From NCBI GenBank assembly GCA_038087875.1, contig JAXLNO010000456.1, forward strand, positions 1-64,000: DNA of 64,000 nucleotides, written 5' to 3'. The DNA comes from Malacoraja senta. Its lineage: Eukaryota. The notes beneath the pieces were generated by a model. The model ran no database searches and had not been told where the DNA came from. It saw only the letters and a list, made by a program, of their open reading frames with translations. The position numbers and the translations under genes were made by a program. This document shows positions 23,243 to 36,879 of the stretch, in pieces; the first letter of the stretch is position 1, and each line of letters opens with the position of its first letter.

Positions 23243-24324
23243 ATTTTTTAACTTTTAAGATAGAGTTGGAACTGGCTAAGATGGTGGATTTTTCCAGACA
23301 GTTACCGAGCTTATTTGTCTGGAATGTGTATTTGAGAACATTGTCCATGTTTCACCTTGAATGAAAAGCTCAAAGATAAACAAAAGGATGTTGAAGATAC
23401 TGTATAAGGGACATGGTTGAGATAATATTAATACTAACTGTTGATTTAAGAAAATATCTAACTATTATATTCTAATTATAATTAACCAACTAATTTAACA
23501 AATGTAATAATACTAATGATTTGTGAGTGTATGTAGTAAATATGAACAAATCATGAATAAACCATTGCTTATAAATAGTAATTAACCAAAATGTCTATAA
23601 TATTACTAACGTATTTTTCTTGTGTGGGAACGCAACATAAACTTGGAAAAGATCCAGGAATGGGGTTAACCCCTCGGTACCTGCTCGTATGGTAGTTGGT
23701 TAGATAAATTGGAACGGTATAAATACATAGAACTGAGAATATGTTGTGTTTTAGATTTGGTTTTTATTTTTTATTTTGTTTACTTTTTTATATTTTTTCT
23801 CTGAGTTTTTTTGCTTTTCACTAGTGCTAGGTTGATAAATTTAAATAAGAATAAACAAGATTTGAGACGGTCTGTAGTTTTTTTTATGAGATGTTAATAA
23901 GGGATTGGAGTTCAATGTAAAACAACACCAAAGGAAGTCCATAAATTTTTCGCCACCTTAGGTGGCAATTTGTCTTTAAGGTATCTTTTTTTAGATACCT
24001 TAACTTCACTTTTTTTTAAATCACTATATAAATTTGTATTTGCCTAGTTTTTGTGTAATCAACTTTAAATCACAATTTTTCTTTCTTTATCTAAGGTACT
24101 TTTGGAGAAGGAGATGTAATATAAACTTAAAAACTTGGAATGACCACCCAACACCCAGAATTCTGAGGTATTTGTTTGCACCATATGATTCAAGAATACT
24201 ACTTTGATATACAATGCAAGACGATAGACAAATAAAGAATGGAGGAATCACATTGAAATTGAAAGAACCCTTCAATCAGATCTTACTTCTGTTCAGAAAT
24301 GGCTATTATTTAACAAATTAATTT

Positions 24325-25658
24325 TAAATACAAATAAATCATGCAGTATGTTATTTGGTACCAGACAAGGCCTTGGTAATTCTGTAGATCTGACTATATC
24401 ATTTAATGAAGGATCACCATTAGAACAAGTATTGAACTTCAAATATCTTGGTGTTTGGCTCGACCCAACGCTTTCATTTACGCAGCATAGTGAGACGATT
24501 ACTAAAAAACCTAGCTGTAATCTAGCTATTCTTTACCGCCATATAAATTGTTTCACCTTTCAGATGAGAAAAAGAATTGTCTCTCAACTACTACTACCAA
24601 CACTGGATTATGCTGATATTGTCTATCAGAATACATTTGATATACATCTTCAACCCCTTAATGTAGTTTATAATCAGAGGATTTCTATCAGAGGGTATGG
24701 AGAGAAGGCAGGTACGGGATACTGAGTTGGATGATCAGCCATGATCATATTGAATGGCGGTGCAGGCTCGAAGGGCCGAATGGCCTACTCCTGCACCTAA
24801 TTTCTATGTTTCTATGTTTCTATAATAGTCTTTGCAGATTTATTTTAAGGTGTCCATATATAACTCACCACTGCTCTATGTACGAAACTCTAAACTGGTT
24901 ATCCCCCCACGCTCGAAGATGCTACCACTGGTTCCAGTTCATCTTTAAATGCATCCACCTCAATTACCCTTCTTATCTATAACAAGACCTATTACCATAC
25001 ACACCCTCATATTCACCAAGACATATTCAGCAACCCTTCTTTTTCATTCCAAGAACTAACAAAGAAATTGGGAGACGTGCATTTAAATTCAAAGCTCCTT
25101 CTGACTGGAACACTCTGCCTAGTACCATAAGAACTATTAGCTCATTTCGTCTAAAAATACACTTTTACCTTTCCTTATAAAACCATGTACCTGTTTCTAG
25201 TATTAGAGTCTTCGAGCTCCTTTATCTAGCTTACTCTGAGTGTGATCATTTGGCATAACTATTGTATATGCATGGCCATTACACTTATGTATTATTGTAT
25301 TGCATAGTGTAACAAGGTCTTATATTGTATTATGTCACAATATCATGAAATAATATATTATGTAATAATGTTGATAGTATGTATTAACGTATGAAGTATG
25401 ATAGGTGGTATATGGTATTATGCACTAACATTATGATGTAACACATAACTATTGTTATTATTGGATATGTAAAGTTAATTAACAATTGTTATAAACTATA
25501 ACAAGTGGGGATGGAGGGGTTTTGGGATTGGTGTGTGGGTAGGTGGGTCAATGAGAGCCTCTATGTATGTTATGTCTTGTGCTGTATGTTCTATGTTGGA
25601 CCCCCTCGAAAACGAGATGACTGTCCATCTCAAGGGGTTATCCATGAATAAACTTGTT
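24325..25658 (+). mobile_element. L2/CR1-group LINE 3' portion nested in L1 (itself containing a CR1 tail at ~24680-24822)
   Basis: FKYLGVWLDPTLSF, LLPTLDYADIVY, HHCSMYETLNW; 3' stem-loop ggaccccctcg..aaggggttatcc..aataaa. Confidence 0.75.
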
Positions 25659-25660
25659 TC

Positions 25661-28600
25661 AACATTCTGTAGTTGGAACATAAGGGGTGCCAATGAACCA
25701 ATAAAGGGGTAAAATTTTTGCTCGCCTAAAATCTTTGAAAAGCGACATAATTTACTTGCAAGAAACCCACATGAAAGAGCAAACACAAATGAGATTAAAG
25801 GCAAAGTGGATAGGTCAAACATATTATTCATCATTGAATTCTAAATCTAGAGGTACGGCCATTCTTATTCCAAAAGGTATACCTTTTAAATTAAAGAATA
25901 CTATATCAGATAAAGAGGGAAGGTACATCATAGTTTCGGGAGAAATTTATGCTACCCCAATAACTATGATAAATATTTACTGTCTGAATTTTGATAACCC
26001 TCAATTTTTTGATAAAATTATAGATATAATATTAGAGTTTAATTATCAAAATGTGATAATAGGGGGGGATTTCAACTGTGTTTTAAATCCATACTTAGAC
26101 AAATCAGTAAAACAAAGAAGGAGTCAGTTAAAATCTAAGACTAGTGAACTTCTAAATACATATATAAAAAATACTAATATAACAGATGTATGGAGATCTG
26201 CTAATCCAGTAGGAAGGGAATATTCGTTTTACTGTTCGGTACATAAAACATATTCAAGAATCGATAATTTTTTAGTGGATATGAAATTAATGCCATATAC
26301 AATTAATCCAACATACCACATTAGTAGTATTTCTGATCACTCTCCGTTGACTTTTTCAGTAAAATTTGAGGGAATGCCGGGTAAAACTTTTTTTGGAGGT
26401 TTAATACATATCTTAAATGACTTACAAGGTTATCAATACTTAAAACAACAAATGAAATTATTTTTTGAGATAAATGATACACCAGGTACCTCACCTTCTT
26501 TACTATGGGAAACTTTTAAAGCATTTATTAGAGGAATTATAATTTCATACAAAAATTTTCAAAATAAAAAGAATAAAACAGAATAAATGTTGTTAGAACA
26601 AGAAATAAGACAGTTAGAGTTAGATAATGCTAAAGATTCCACTATAAATAAACATAATAAGATAATATTACTGAAATTTAAACTTAATCGAATTCTCTCG
26701 GCAAGAGTAATAAGATTATTCCAAATTACAAAACAGGAACATTTTGAGTTTGGTGACAAACCACATAAGCTGTTAGCGCGCCAACTGAAAAAACAAGAAA
26801 AACAAGAAAAAGAAAATACTATAAACAAAATTAAATCAGAGAATGGTGAATTACTAATACTACCTAAAGATATTAATAAAAGATTTGCTCAATTTTATCA
26901 ACATTTATATACATTAAAAACTGAAATAGAAGATAGTAAAATTAGAAAAAATTTAGATAATTGTAATCTTCCAAAACTTGACCTTTTGGAACAAGAGGAA
27001 CAAGCGCAAATTACAATCGAAGAAATAGGTGAAACAATAAAATCGTTGGAAAATGGTAAGACCGGGACCAGACGGTTTTAGTGATGAATTTTATAAAAAA
27101 TGTCATGAGATAACGACTCCCTGTTTATTTAATTTATATACTCACGCTTTTAAAGAAAATAAACTACCTGAAACATTAGCAGAATCAACTATCACGCTTA
27201 TTCCAAAGAAAGATAAAGATCTAGAGGACCCGGGCTCATATAGAGCTATATCACTTTTAAATACAGATCAGAAAATTTTAGCAAAGACTTTAGCCAGAAG
27301 ACTAAGCAAATATATTAGTAAATTGATAAACCCTGATCAAACGGGGTTTATACCCAAAAGATATTCATTTAATAATTTGAGACGCCTGTTTAATATAATG
27401 TACTCACATAAAGTGGAGGAAGAAGACATATCAATTATTTCTTTGGACGCAGAGAAAGCATTTGATCAGGTAGAATGGCAGTATTTATACAAAGTATTAC
27501 AAAAATTTAGTATGGGAGAGAATTTTATTACATGGGTGAAATTATTATATGATAAACCGATGGCAAGAATATTAACTAATAGTATGTTATCTCAAAAATT
27601 TCAATTATCAAGGGGTAATAGGCAGGGATGTGCTTTATCACCCCTGCTATTTTCCCTTATGATAGAACCTTTGGCTGAAAGTATAAGAAGTCATCCGAAT
27701 ATTCAGGGTTATAATACTAGGGACTCAAATAATAAAATTTCATTATATGCAGACGATATTCTGTTATATATAACAAATTCACAAACGAGCATACCAAATT
27801 TATTAAACTTAATAGAGGAATTTGGGTCCTTTTCTGGATATAGAATAAATTGGAACAAAAGTGAAATCATGACGTTAAAACCTCAAGAATCTACACACTT
27901 ACTGAAGTTCCCCTTTAAAATAGCAACAGAAAATTTAAATATCTGGGTATTCAGATTACTAGAAAACATAAAGTTTTATTCAATGTCAATTTTATACCTT
28001 TAATAAATAAACTTATTATCATGATTAAATTTTGGAAAACACTTCATTTATCATTAATAGGTAGAATAAACATTTATCATTAATAGGTAGAATAAACGCT
28101 ATAAAAATGATCTTTCTACCACAGTTATTATACCTATTTCAGTCTATACCAGTATATGTACCAAAGTATTTTTTTTCTAAATTAAACTCTAATATTACTA
28201 ATTTTGTCTGGGACTATAAATCACATAGAATTAAAAAAGAACACTTATGTAAACCAAAAGATGTCGGGGGACTTTCACTCCCGAATTTTCTGCAATACAT
28301 ATTAAGAATATAATTTATTGGTTGGATAGTTCTACCCAACAGACAGAATGGATAAAAATGGAGAAAGAGGATTGTTTCCCTTGTAATATAGGAACGATCC
28401 TCTTCTCCCCCCAAAAAATGAACAATACAATATATAAGAAGAACCCAATTATACAGGATACAATAAGAATATGGAAACAAATAAAATTATCCTTAAAATT
28501 AAGAAACCTATCATTGTTAACACCAATAGCGAATAATCCTTTATTTAAACCATCTCTTATGGACAAAATATATAATCAATGGGAAAGGTTAGGAATTAAA

Positions 28601-29445
28601 AGGATCGGGGACATGTATGAAATGGGAGATTTACTATCATTTCAACAATTACAATTAAAATTTAAATTGAAAAACAATCATTATTTTAAATATTTTCAGA
28701 TTTGCAATTTCTTGAAGACATACATACAAGGATATCAAAAAATAATTCCTGATTTATTGGAAGAAGTAATGAATATTAAAGCTGATACACAAAAATTAAT
28801 ATCATATTTATATAATAGTATTTTAAATATAGATTTACCAGCGACAGAGGTAATTAGAGAAGAGTGGGAATGGGATTAATGATAAAAATTACGAAGGTTA
28901 CATGGGAAAAGTATTTGACATACATTCACAAATGTTCGATTAATGCAAGACATAATCTAATTCAATTAAAATTTTTACATAGATTATATTACTCAAAAAC
29001 AAGATTAAATACATTTTACCCAAATATATCCACCACTTGCGATAAATGTTTAACCCAAGATGCAACTATAACACACTCTTTTGTTTCCTGTATAAAACTT
29101 TATAGATTTTGGAGTGATATTTTTGAAATATTCACAAAATTATTTAAGATAAAAATGGAACTTAATAATGAATTGATTATATTTGGGGTAATGGAAGATG
29201 GGAATAAACTGAATCCATCTAAAAAATTATTTTTTAATTATGGTTTAATAATAGCAAAAAAATTAATACTTAAAGTTTGGAAAAATACACCAATACCAAC
29301 GCTCAAAATGTGGATTGCAAGTATGTTGGACACCGCACATCTTGAGGAAATGCGATTCCTCCAAATAGATAAATTTGACCAATTCACAACGAGTTGGTCT
29401 CCATTTGTCGTCTTTTTGGAATCATATGGTGCAACACAATTGTAA
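25661..29445 (+). pseudogene. L1 ORF2 (APE endonuclease + RT + C-terminal CCHC), frameshifted
   Basis: SWNIRG, YLQETH, GGDFN, YSRID, SDHSP; GPDGF, SLDAEKAFD, RQGCALSP, LYADD; CDKC..H...C. Confidence 0.92.
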
Positions 29446-30071
29446 AAGCTAACTCGTGACTGGGCGAGGGATGGTCAAGATTATAAATAAGATCTCCTTA
29501 CTTCTATTTTCTTTTTCTTCCTTTTTCTTCTTTTATTCTCTTTTTCCTATTTTCTATTCTTTATCTTTCTTCTTTCACTTTATATTTTTCTTTTCCACAC
29601 CATATATCTCACATTTTTCTATACTTCATTATCTAACTTATTTTTCGTTTTCTTCTTTATTATTTAAAAAAAATAAGAAGCTGTACATAAAATGTATTAT
29701 GAAAATATGATTGTATACAATTGTACTTCTAATAAAATAATAATATTTTTTTTTAAAAGAGAAGGAAATCTGTGCCATAACTCTGTCTGACTTGTCAGTG
29801 ACTGAAGTTTCTGGTGATTCAGGGTGGCCCCCCGTTGAAATCACGAGGTTCACTTTTATTCACTGTCTATCATGTTGAGGTATTGCTTGAATTAGATTCA
29901 TTAAGGAAACTAGCATTCACCTCAGTCTAGGCTTTTTCTCGGTGGAAAACACCCAGTTATTTGTCCAGACAAAGATCCTCTTACGCACATACACCTGGAA
30001 ATTGAGATTTTGTGCCGAATTTATCCCTGTAACTAAAGTCTTCCAACACAAGCAACATCCCGATGAATCTT

Positions 30072-30205
30072 TGTAGGAAGGAAGTGCAGATGCTGGTTTA
30101 AATTGAAGGTAGACTCAAAATGCTGGAGTAACTCAGCGGGGCAGGCAGCATCTCTGGAGAGAAGGAATGGGTGACGTTTTGGGTCGAGACCCTACTTCAG
30201 ACTCA
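30072..30205 (-). mobile_element. Penelope-type terminal repeat with decayed hammerhead-like motif
   Basis: Minus strand GTCTGAAGTAGGGTCTCGACCCAAAACGTCACCC then ttccttctctccagagatgctgcc. Confidence 0.55.
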
Positions 30206-31037
30206 ACGAATTAATGAATCAGACTCAGACCCGATGAATCTCCTCTGTTCCCTCTCCAGCACAAACACATCCTTCCTTGAGCATATCGATCTGCACACAA
30301 TACACCAAGTGAGGCTGACCAGCCTTGATAGCCTTCCACGTGACCTAGAGCACCAACATTGTCCATGTCAGTACAAATGTACTCCGCATGCCTACGGCAC
30401 GGAAAGTGGTCGTAAATATATATCATAACCACCAACAATCCCAGGACAGATCCCTGCTGAAGACCACTGCGTACAGATAGCCACGACCATTCCGTACCTT
30501 TCAATTACAAAACTATCCTGATGCAAATACCCTCTGCCTCCTTAAACCAAGTCAATCTTGGATACAATTATCCAGGTCATATCGGATATCATATGCCTTC
30601 TCTTTCGCCACTCGCCCACCATGAGGGAACATGTCCAATGCCAAAGCCCATATATTGATTTAGCCTGAGTTGAATGAATTCTTAGTTACAGGTCCACGAT
30701 CATTTCCACCCATGAATCTCCTTTCCTTCAGCGACCCTACAAACGCGAGCCTCCGCTCATTCTGTGTTGCACAATGGCTATTCAATCCCAACATTTTTCA
30801 GTGGTGGAAGCCACCCCTCCTTCAGTCTCGCCCTTTGCCGCAGAGCACACGAGCAGAAGGATCACAACTGGCATTTGAAATCACCTCTATTCAGTGTGAT
30901 CATGACGACTCTGCCCCAGGCCTCAACTCCTCCTGTGAGCCATTCCCACATTGGCCCCAATACTCCAATATTATATCCGATATCCTGCCTGCCTTTATAA
31001 ATAATTCCTGTTACCACTTATCTCAATCCACCATCTG

Positions 31038-31497
31038 ATTTATTTATTTATTTATCTCTCTATTTTTATTTTTATTATTTTTTTAATTTCTCTCTCTATT
31101 TATTTATTTATCTCTCTCTCTATTTATTTATTTATTTATCTCTTTATCTCTCTCTTTACTTATCTCTTTATCTCTCTTTATTTATCTCCATCTCTCTTTA
31201 TCTCTCTCTTTATTTATCTCTTTATCTCTCTCTTTATTTATCTTTTTATTTATCTCTTATCTCTCTCTCTTTATTTATTTCTCTCTCTCTTTATTTATTT
31301 ATTTATTTCTCTCTCTCTTTATTTATTTCTCTCTCTCTCTTTATTTATTTATCTATCTATCTATTTATCTATCTATCTATTTATTTATTTATCTATCTAT
31401 CTATCTATTTATTTACCTATCTATCTATCTATTTATTCATCTATCTATCTATCTATTTATTCATCTATTCATCTATTCATCTATTCATCTATTCATT

Positions 31498-31564
<67 letters not shown>

Positions 31565-31578
31565 TCCTCCTCCTCCTC
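31038..31578. repeat. Compound microsatellite (TTTA/TCTA/TC)n
   Basis: Directly visible low-complexity tract. Confidence 0.95.
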
Positions 31579-32814
31579 AGAGGGAACCATTCTCTCCCGA
31601 GTTATTCTTTTGCTAATAATATACTTGTTGTATCTCTGGGGATTCTCTTGTTTGTCGTGTCTCGTGACTCTGTTTTGTTCTGCTGATTTTCCTTCTAATT
31701 TACTCCTGCAAGTTTTTATACAGCAAAACAAATTGCTTGATGACAGCAACCTGTACCCGACCAGTGCCTCACACCCTTTGTGGTTCCCTCATCCTGATAC
31801 GTGATCTTACGTTACATTACCATCTGCATCGACCAGACCTGTGACCTCAAATTCCACATTCTGATCACTGAATATCTGACAGGATTTGCTCCAGGCCACT
31901 TTGAATTTTACATTTGTGTTTTGGTATCTGCAGAACCGGTGAATCATTCTCCATCCACACCCAATCTAATCCATCATTAATCTTAAATTCCTCCAACCAA
32001 TTATGATTAACAGCTTATTGTTGGGTAACATATGATAAGCGTTTTTTGACACTGGGCCTGTATTCGCTGGAGTTTAGAAAAATGAGTGGGGACATCATTG
32101 AAACTGACCGAAGAGTGAAAGGCTTGGATAGAGTGGATGTGGAGTGAATGTTTCCACTAGTCGGAGAGTCTAGGACAAGAGGTAATAGACTCAGAATTAA
32201 AGGACGTTCCTTTAAGATGATGAGGAGGAATTTTAGTCAGAGGATGTTGACTCTGTGGAATTCTTTGCCACAGATGGATCTGGAGGTCAAGTCAGTGGAT
32301 ATTTTTAAGGCAGATATATATAGATTCTTGATTAGTATGGGTGTCAGAGGATATGTGGAGAAGGCAGGAGAATGTGGTTAGGAGGGAGAAAAAATAATAA
32401 TATTTTTTTAAAATAAATAAATAAATAAAATAATAATAATAATAATAATAATAATGTTCAGCACGGACTTGAAGGGCCGAGATGGCCTGTTTCCATGCTG
32501 TAATGGTTATATAGTTATAGGTCAGCCATGATTGAATAGTACAGTAGTCTTGGTAAGCTGTAATTCTGCTCCTATCACTTATGACCTTATGACATTATTC
32601 AGCAGAAAATTCACAACACTTCCAGACTTTCCTGCACATTGAGTTATAGCATAATTTTCACAAACATTTAACAACCCTCCTGCATTGGTTCCATCATTGC
32701 AATGTCCTCTGTATGACAACATGAGTGCGAGTCACAAAATGGTAATTTTCAACGATGTGAAATAACTTGGGTGAATTGCTGTTCCCTCAGTCAATTTCTG
32801 CTTTATTTATTCAG

Positions 32815-32837
32815 GAGGAAGCTGGTCGCAAAAGGAG
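32815..32837 (+). pseudogene. Duplicate TRIM exon 4 (23 nt)
   Basis: tcag|GAGGAAGCTGGTCGCAAAAGGAG|gtag, intact splice sites. Confidence 0.78.
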
Positions 32838-32914
32838 GTAGGACTTGCTCTTCAGATAAATTCTGAATGGATCTGTCGACGTGAAGGTTATAACCGGTTA
32901 TTTAATATTTGCAG

Positions 32915-33033
32915 AATTAGTGATGAATCCTGGACATTGTCACTGAGAGATGGTGCCATACTGGATGAAAGATTCAATCACCTCTTCTGGTTGAACGCAG
33001 TGTTGAGAGAACCCATTGTTGCGATTCACCAAG
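32915..33033 (+). pseudogene. Duplicate TRIM exon 5 (119 nt)
   Basis: gcag|A ATT AGT GAT GAA...CAC CAA G|gtaaaa, open frame, intact splice sites. Confidence 0.78.
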
Positions 33034-33889
33034 GTAAAATATTGATTCCTTTCTTCTTATGTGGGTGACATATTTAAGTTGTAAGTAGATGCAAATATTG
33101 ACAGTAATGATGAACTGAAGGGGAACTAAAGTTTTATACCAGCACCAATCTCACCTGTTGGGAAGCTTCACGGTCAAGTGGTCAGCTGTAGATGTCAGAA
33201 CCCTGAACACATCCAACACAGGAGCACAATACAACCAAGACACAGACTGCTAGATGAACTAAAACATCTTAATCCCATCTGCACCGCAGAAACACGCCTC
33301 AATACGAGTTTGAATTCTACCAGGTAGCCTTGACTTAATTAAATCAGAGGTATTGAAAACCGGTGAGAATTTGATGGCCAAGATTGTCATAAAAACAGAC
33401 GGGGTTCCATCAGAGAAGGATATATGTGCCACTGATTCTGCTTGTCCTGTCGTTTAAGAAGAAACTGCAGATGCGGGAAAATCAGTGACCACTGACTTTA
33501 GTTAACTCATGTCTGGAGTTACGGACATCATTGTTATTGACTATCCACCACATTGAAGCATTGTCAGGTCGGGGGGGGGGGAGTTCAACCGGCCATGGGT
33601 AGCATGTAATCTCTTGCTACCTGCTCCATGGTCGGATAGTCGGCGACTAAACCCTCTCCCACCTGGTTTTCTAGATGAGGAGGGGACTGTAGACCCCAGC
33701 AGGACCAAAAACAAGGCTCGTCAAAGGGCGGATAAGCTTCTAGCGAGCCAACGGCCACTCGCACTTCAATAAAAGTTGCGATCACTGTTGTACATAGCAT
33801 TGTAAGGAGTGAAGAAAAATATGAAATGTAATTATTCCCTCTCCTCGCTTCTGAAAAGATAAATTGTTAATTAAAAAAATAATTAATTA

Positions 33890-35010
33890 CATAGATACAT
33901 AGATACATAGAAAATAGGTGCAGGAGTAGGCCATTCGGCCCTTCGAGCCTGCACCGCCATTCAATACGATCATGGCTGATCATCCAACTCAGTATCCCGT
34001 ACCTGCCTTCTCTCCATACCCCCTGATCCCTTTAGCCACAAGGGCCACATCTAATTCCCTCTTAAATATAGCCAATGAACTGGCCTCAACTACCCTCTGT
34101 GGCAGAGAGTTCCAGAGATTCACCACTCTCTGTGTGAAAAAGTTTTTCCTCATCTCGGTCTTAAAGGATTTCCCCCTTATCCTTAAGCTGTGACCCCTTG
34201 TCCTGGACTTCCCCAACATCGGGAACAATCTTCCTGCATCTAGCCTGTCCAACCCCATAAGAATTTTGTACGTTTCTATAAGATCCCCTCTCAATCTCCT
34301 AAATTCTAGCGAGTATAAGCCAAGTCTATCCAGTCTTTCTTCATATGAAAGTCCTGACATCCCAGGAATCAGTCTGGTGAACCTTCTCTGCACTCCCTCT
34401 ATGGCTATAATGTCCTTCCTCAGATTTGGAGACCAAAACTGTACGCAATACTCCAGGTGTGGTCTCACCAAGACCCTGTACAATTGCAGTAGAACCTCCC
34501 TGCTCCTATACTCAAATCCTCTTGCTATGAAGGCCAACATACCATTCGCTTTCTTCACTGCCTGCTGCACCTGCATGCCTACTTTCAATGACTGGTGTAC
34601 CATGACACCCAGGTCTCGCTGCATCTCCCCATTTCCTAATCGGCCACCATTTAGATAATAGTCTGCCTTCCCGTTTTTGCTACCAAAGTGGATAACCTCA
34701 CATTTATCCACATTATACTGCATCTGCCAAACATTTGCCCACTCACCCAGCCTATCCAAGTCACCTTGCAGTCTCCTAGCATCCTCCTCACAGCTAACAC
34801 TGCCCCCCAGCTTAGTGTCATCCGCAAACTTGGAGATGTTGCTTTCAATTCCCTCGTCCAGATCATTAATATAAATTGTAAATAGCTGGGGTCCCAGCAC
34901 TGAGCCTTGCGGTACCCCACTAGTCACTGCCTGCCATTGTGAAAAGGACCCGTTTACTCCTACTCTTTGCTTCCTGTTTGCCAGCCAGTTCTCTATCCAC
35001 ATCAATACTG
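33890..35010 (-). mobile_element. Young CR1 3' portion, open RT C-terminal ORF
   Basis: ORF 33989-35074 (VPQGSVLGP, KFADD, RPHLEYC); tail (ctatgtat)n; near-identical to 54025-55140. Confidence 0.93.
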
Positions 35011-35199
35011 AATGAGTTGCTTCAGACAAACTAGCATTTACCTCAGCCAAGGGGTTCGTCTCGGACAATAACACCCTATTACTTGTTCAGCTGATTTAAA
35101 ATAGATTTAACTAAATCTAGTTAAAATTAGTGCCAAAAAGTTAACCTGCAAGTTGAATTTGTAGTAAAGAAAGCAAACTCGAGAGGGCTTGTATCCAAA

Positions 35200-35800
35200 A
35201 ACAAGGATGTAATGCTGAGGCTTTAACAGGCGCTGGTAAGACTGCATTTGGAATGTTGTGAGCAATTTTGGACACCATATCTGAGGAAGGATGTGCTGGC
35301 TCCAGAGAAGGGGCTGAGGGGGATTACAAGAATGATCCCAGGAATGAGTAGGTTAGCCGATGATGAGCATTTGTCGGCACTGGGCCTGTACTCACTGGAG
35401 TTTGGAAGAATGAAGGGGGATCTCATTGAAACATACAGAATAGTGAAAGGCTTGGTTGGTGTGTATGTAGAGAGGATGTTTCCACTAGTAGGAGAGTCTA
35501 GGACTAGAGGTCATAGCCTTCAGAATTAACGGACGTTCTTTGAGGAAGGAGATGAGGAGAAATGTATTTAGTCAGAAGCTGATGAATCTGTGGAATTCTT
35601 TGCCACATAAATCTGTGGAGCTTGTCAGTGGATATTTTTAAGGCAGAGATGGATTGATTCTTAATTAGCACAGGAGTCAGGTGTTATGGCGGGAAGGCAG
35701 GAAAATAGGGTTAGGAGTGAGAGATAGATCAGCCATGATTTAATGGAAGAGTAGACTTAATGGGCTGAATGGCCTAATTCTACTCCCATCACTTATGACC
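35200..35800 (+). mobile_element. Older CR1 3' fragment
   Basis: CEQFWTPYLRKDVL..SRTRGHS. Confidence 0.8.
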
Positions 35801-36069
35801 TTATCACCTGATAAGGAAATGCATTATCAATGTGCTGACCTGGATTGTTATCAACACTTATGGGCGAACTTCAAAGAGGGAAATCTGTGCCATAAATCTC
35901 TCTGACTTGTCAGTGACTGAAGTTTCTGGTGACTCGGGTTTCTCCCTGCTGGAATCGTGAGGTTCACTGTTATTAACTGTCTATCATGTTGAGGCATTGC
36001 TTGAATTAGATTAGTCTAGGCATTTTCTCATTTTTGCTTCAGCAGCAGCAGCTTCTACAGGATTGGTAA

Positions 36070-36497
36070 ATTTCAGATTTATCACTTCTGAATCTTTTTA
36101 GATGCCAAAGGAATCAAGAAAAAACACAAATAATGCTTTACTGTTGTTGAAATGCAGTGAGCAAACGCTATAATTCCTAATATTTTCAATCTCGATATCT
36201 GCAAGGCCAATGCTCGGCAAGCACTTTAGCTGTTGTCCCTTCAGCTGTCGCTTCTATCTCCCGTCATTTCTCCTCACATTTGGAATTCTGAAGTAGGATA
36301 AATGTCTCTCACGCTTATCCTGATTTCCATAATTATTTACAGCGCAAAAATTGACCATTTCGGCAGGTTCTAACGTGCCCGCTACGCTGGAACCAATGGT
36401 AAGTGCTTACCTGCAGTTCATCGCATGTACTCCAGTTGGCGTAGCGTAGCAACAGTACGGGTCATGGGTCGTGACCCGCCTGCCTTGAAACCTCCCT
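36070..36497 (-). mobile_element. THAP-containing DNA transposon remnant (ISL2EU-like), copy 1
   Basis: Minus ATG 36358: MVNFCAVNNYGN..SYFRIP..KCLPSI..CSLHF (THAP-like, decayed); terminus aacctccct followed by AT. Confidence 0.65.
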
Positions 36498-36760
36498 ATA
36501 TGTGTCTCTGTGTGTGTGTCTGTGTCTGTGTGAGTGTGTGTGAGTCTGTGTCTGTGTGTGTGTCTGAAAGTCTGTGTGTGAGTCTGTGTATATATGTGTG
36601 CGAGTCTGTGTGTGTGTGTCTGAGAGTGTGTATGTGTGTGTATGTCTGTTCTGTGTCTGAGAATCTGTGTGCGTGTGTCTGAGAGTCTGTGTGTGCATCT
36701 GTGTTTGTCAGAGTGTGTGTGTGAGTGTGTCTGTGTGTGAGGTGGAGGGTGTGTGTATGA
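36498..36760. repeat. Degenerate (TG)n microsatellite
   Basis: Directly visible. Confidence 0.92.
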
Positions 36761-36879
36761 TCAACAAATAACAAATAGTACAAATAAAATAGTCTTTCGT
36801 AGTTCAGAGCTTATTTGATATATTTAATAGCCTGATGGCTGTCAGGAAGCTGTTCCTCAATGTGGATGTTACAGTTATC

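Larger units (their letters stand above)
21975..29757 (+). mobile_element. Full-length L1-clade LINE with 15-bp TSD
   Basis: TSD agagagggaaatctg (21960-21974) / agagaaggaaatctg (29758-29772); 5' ACTTCCGG..CGCCAT; ORF1, ORF2; AATAAA and A/T-rich 3' end. Confidence 0.93.
31577..33445 (+). repeat. Segmental duplication of ~18868-20635 (homology continues in pieces to ~36020)
   Basis: Collinear high similarity including CR1 fragment and TRIM exons 4/5. Confidence 0.92.

Noticed and set aside
31489..31749. ER-repeat ORF
   Set aside because: Runs into a (GA)n microsatellite; the remainder is a decayed LINE fragment
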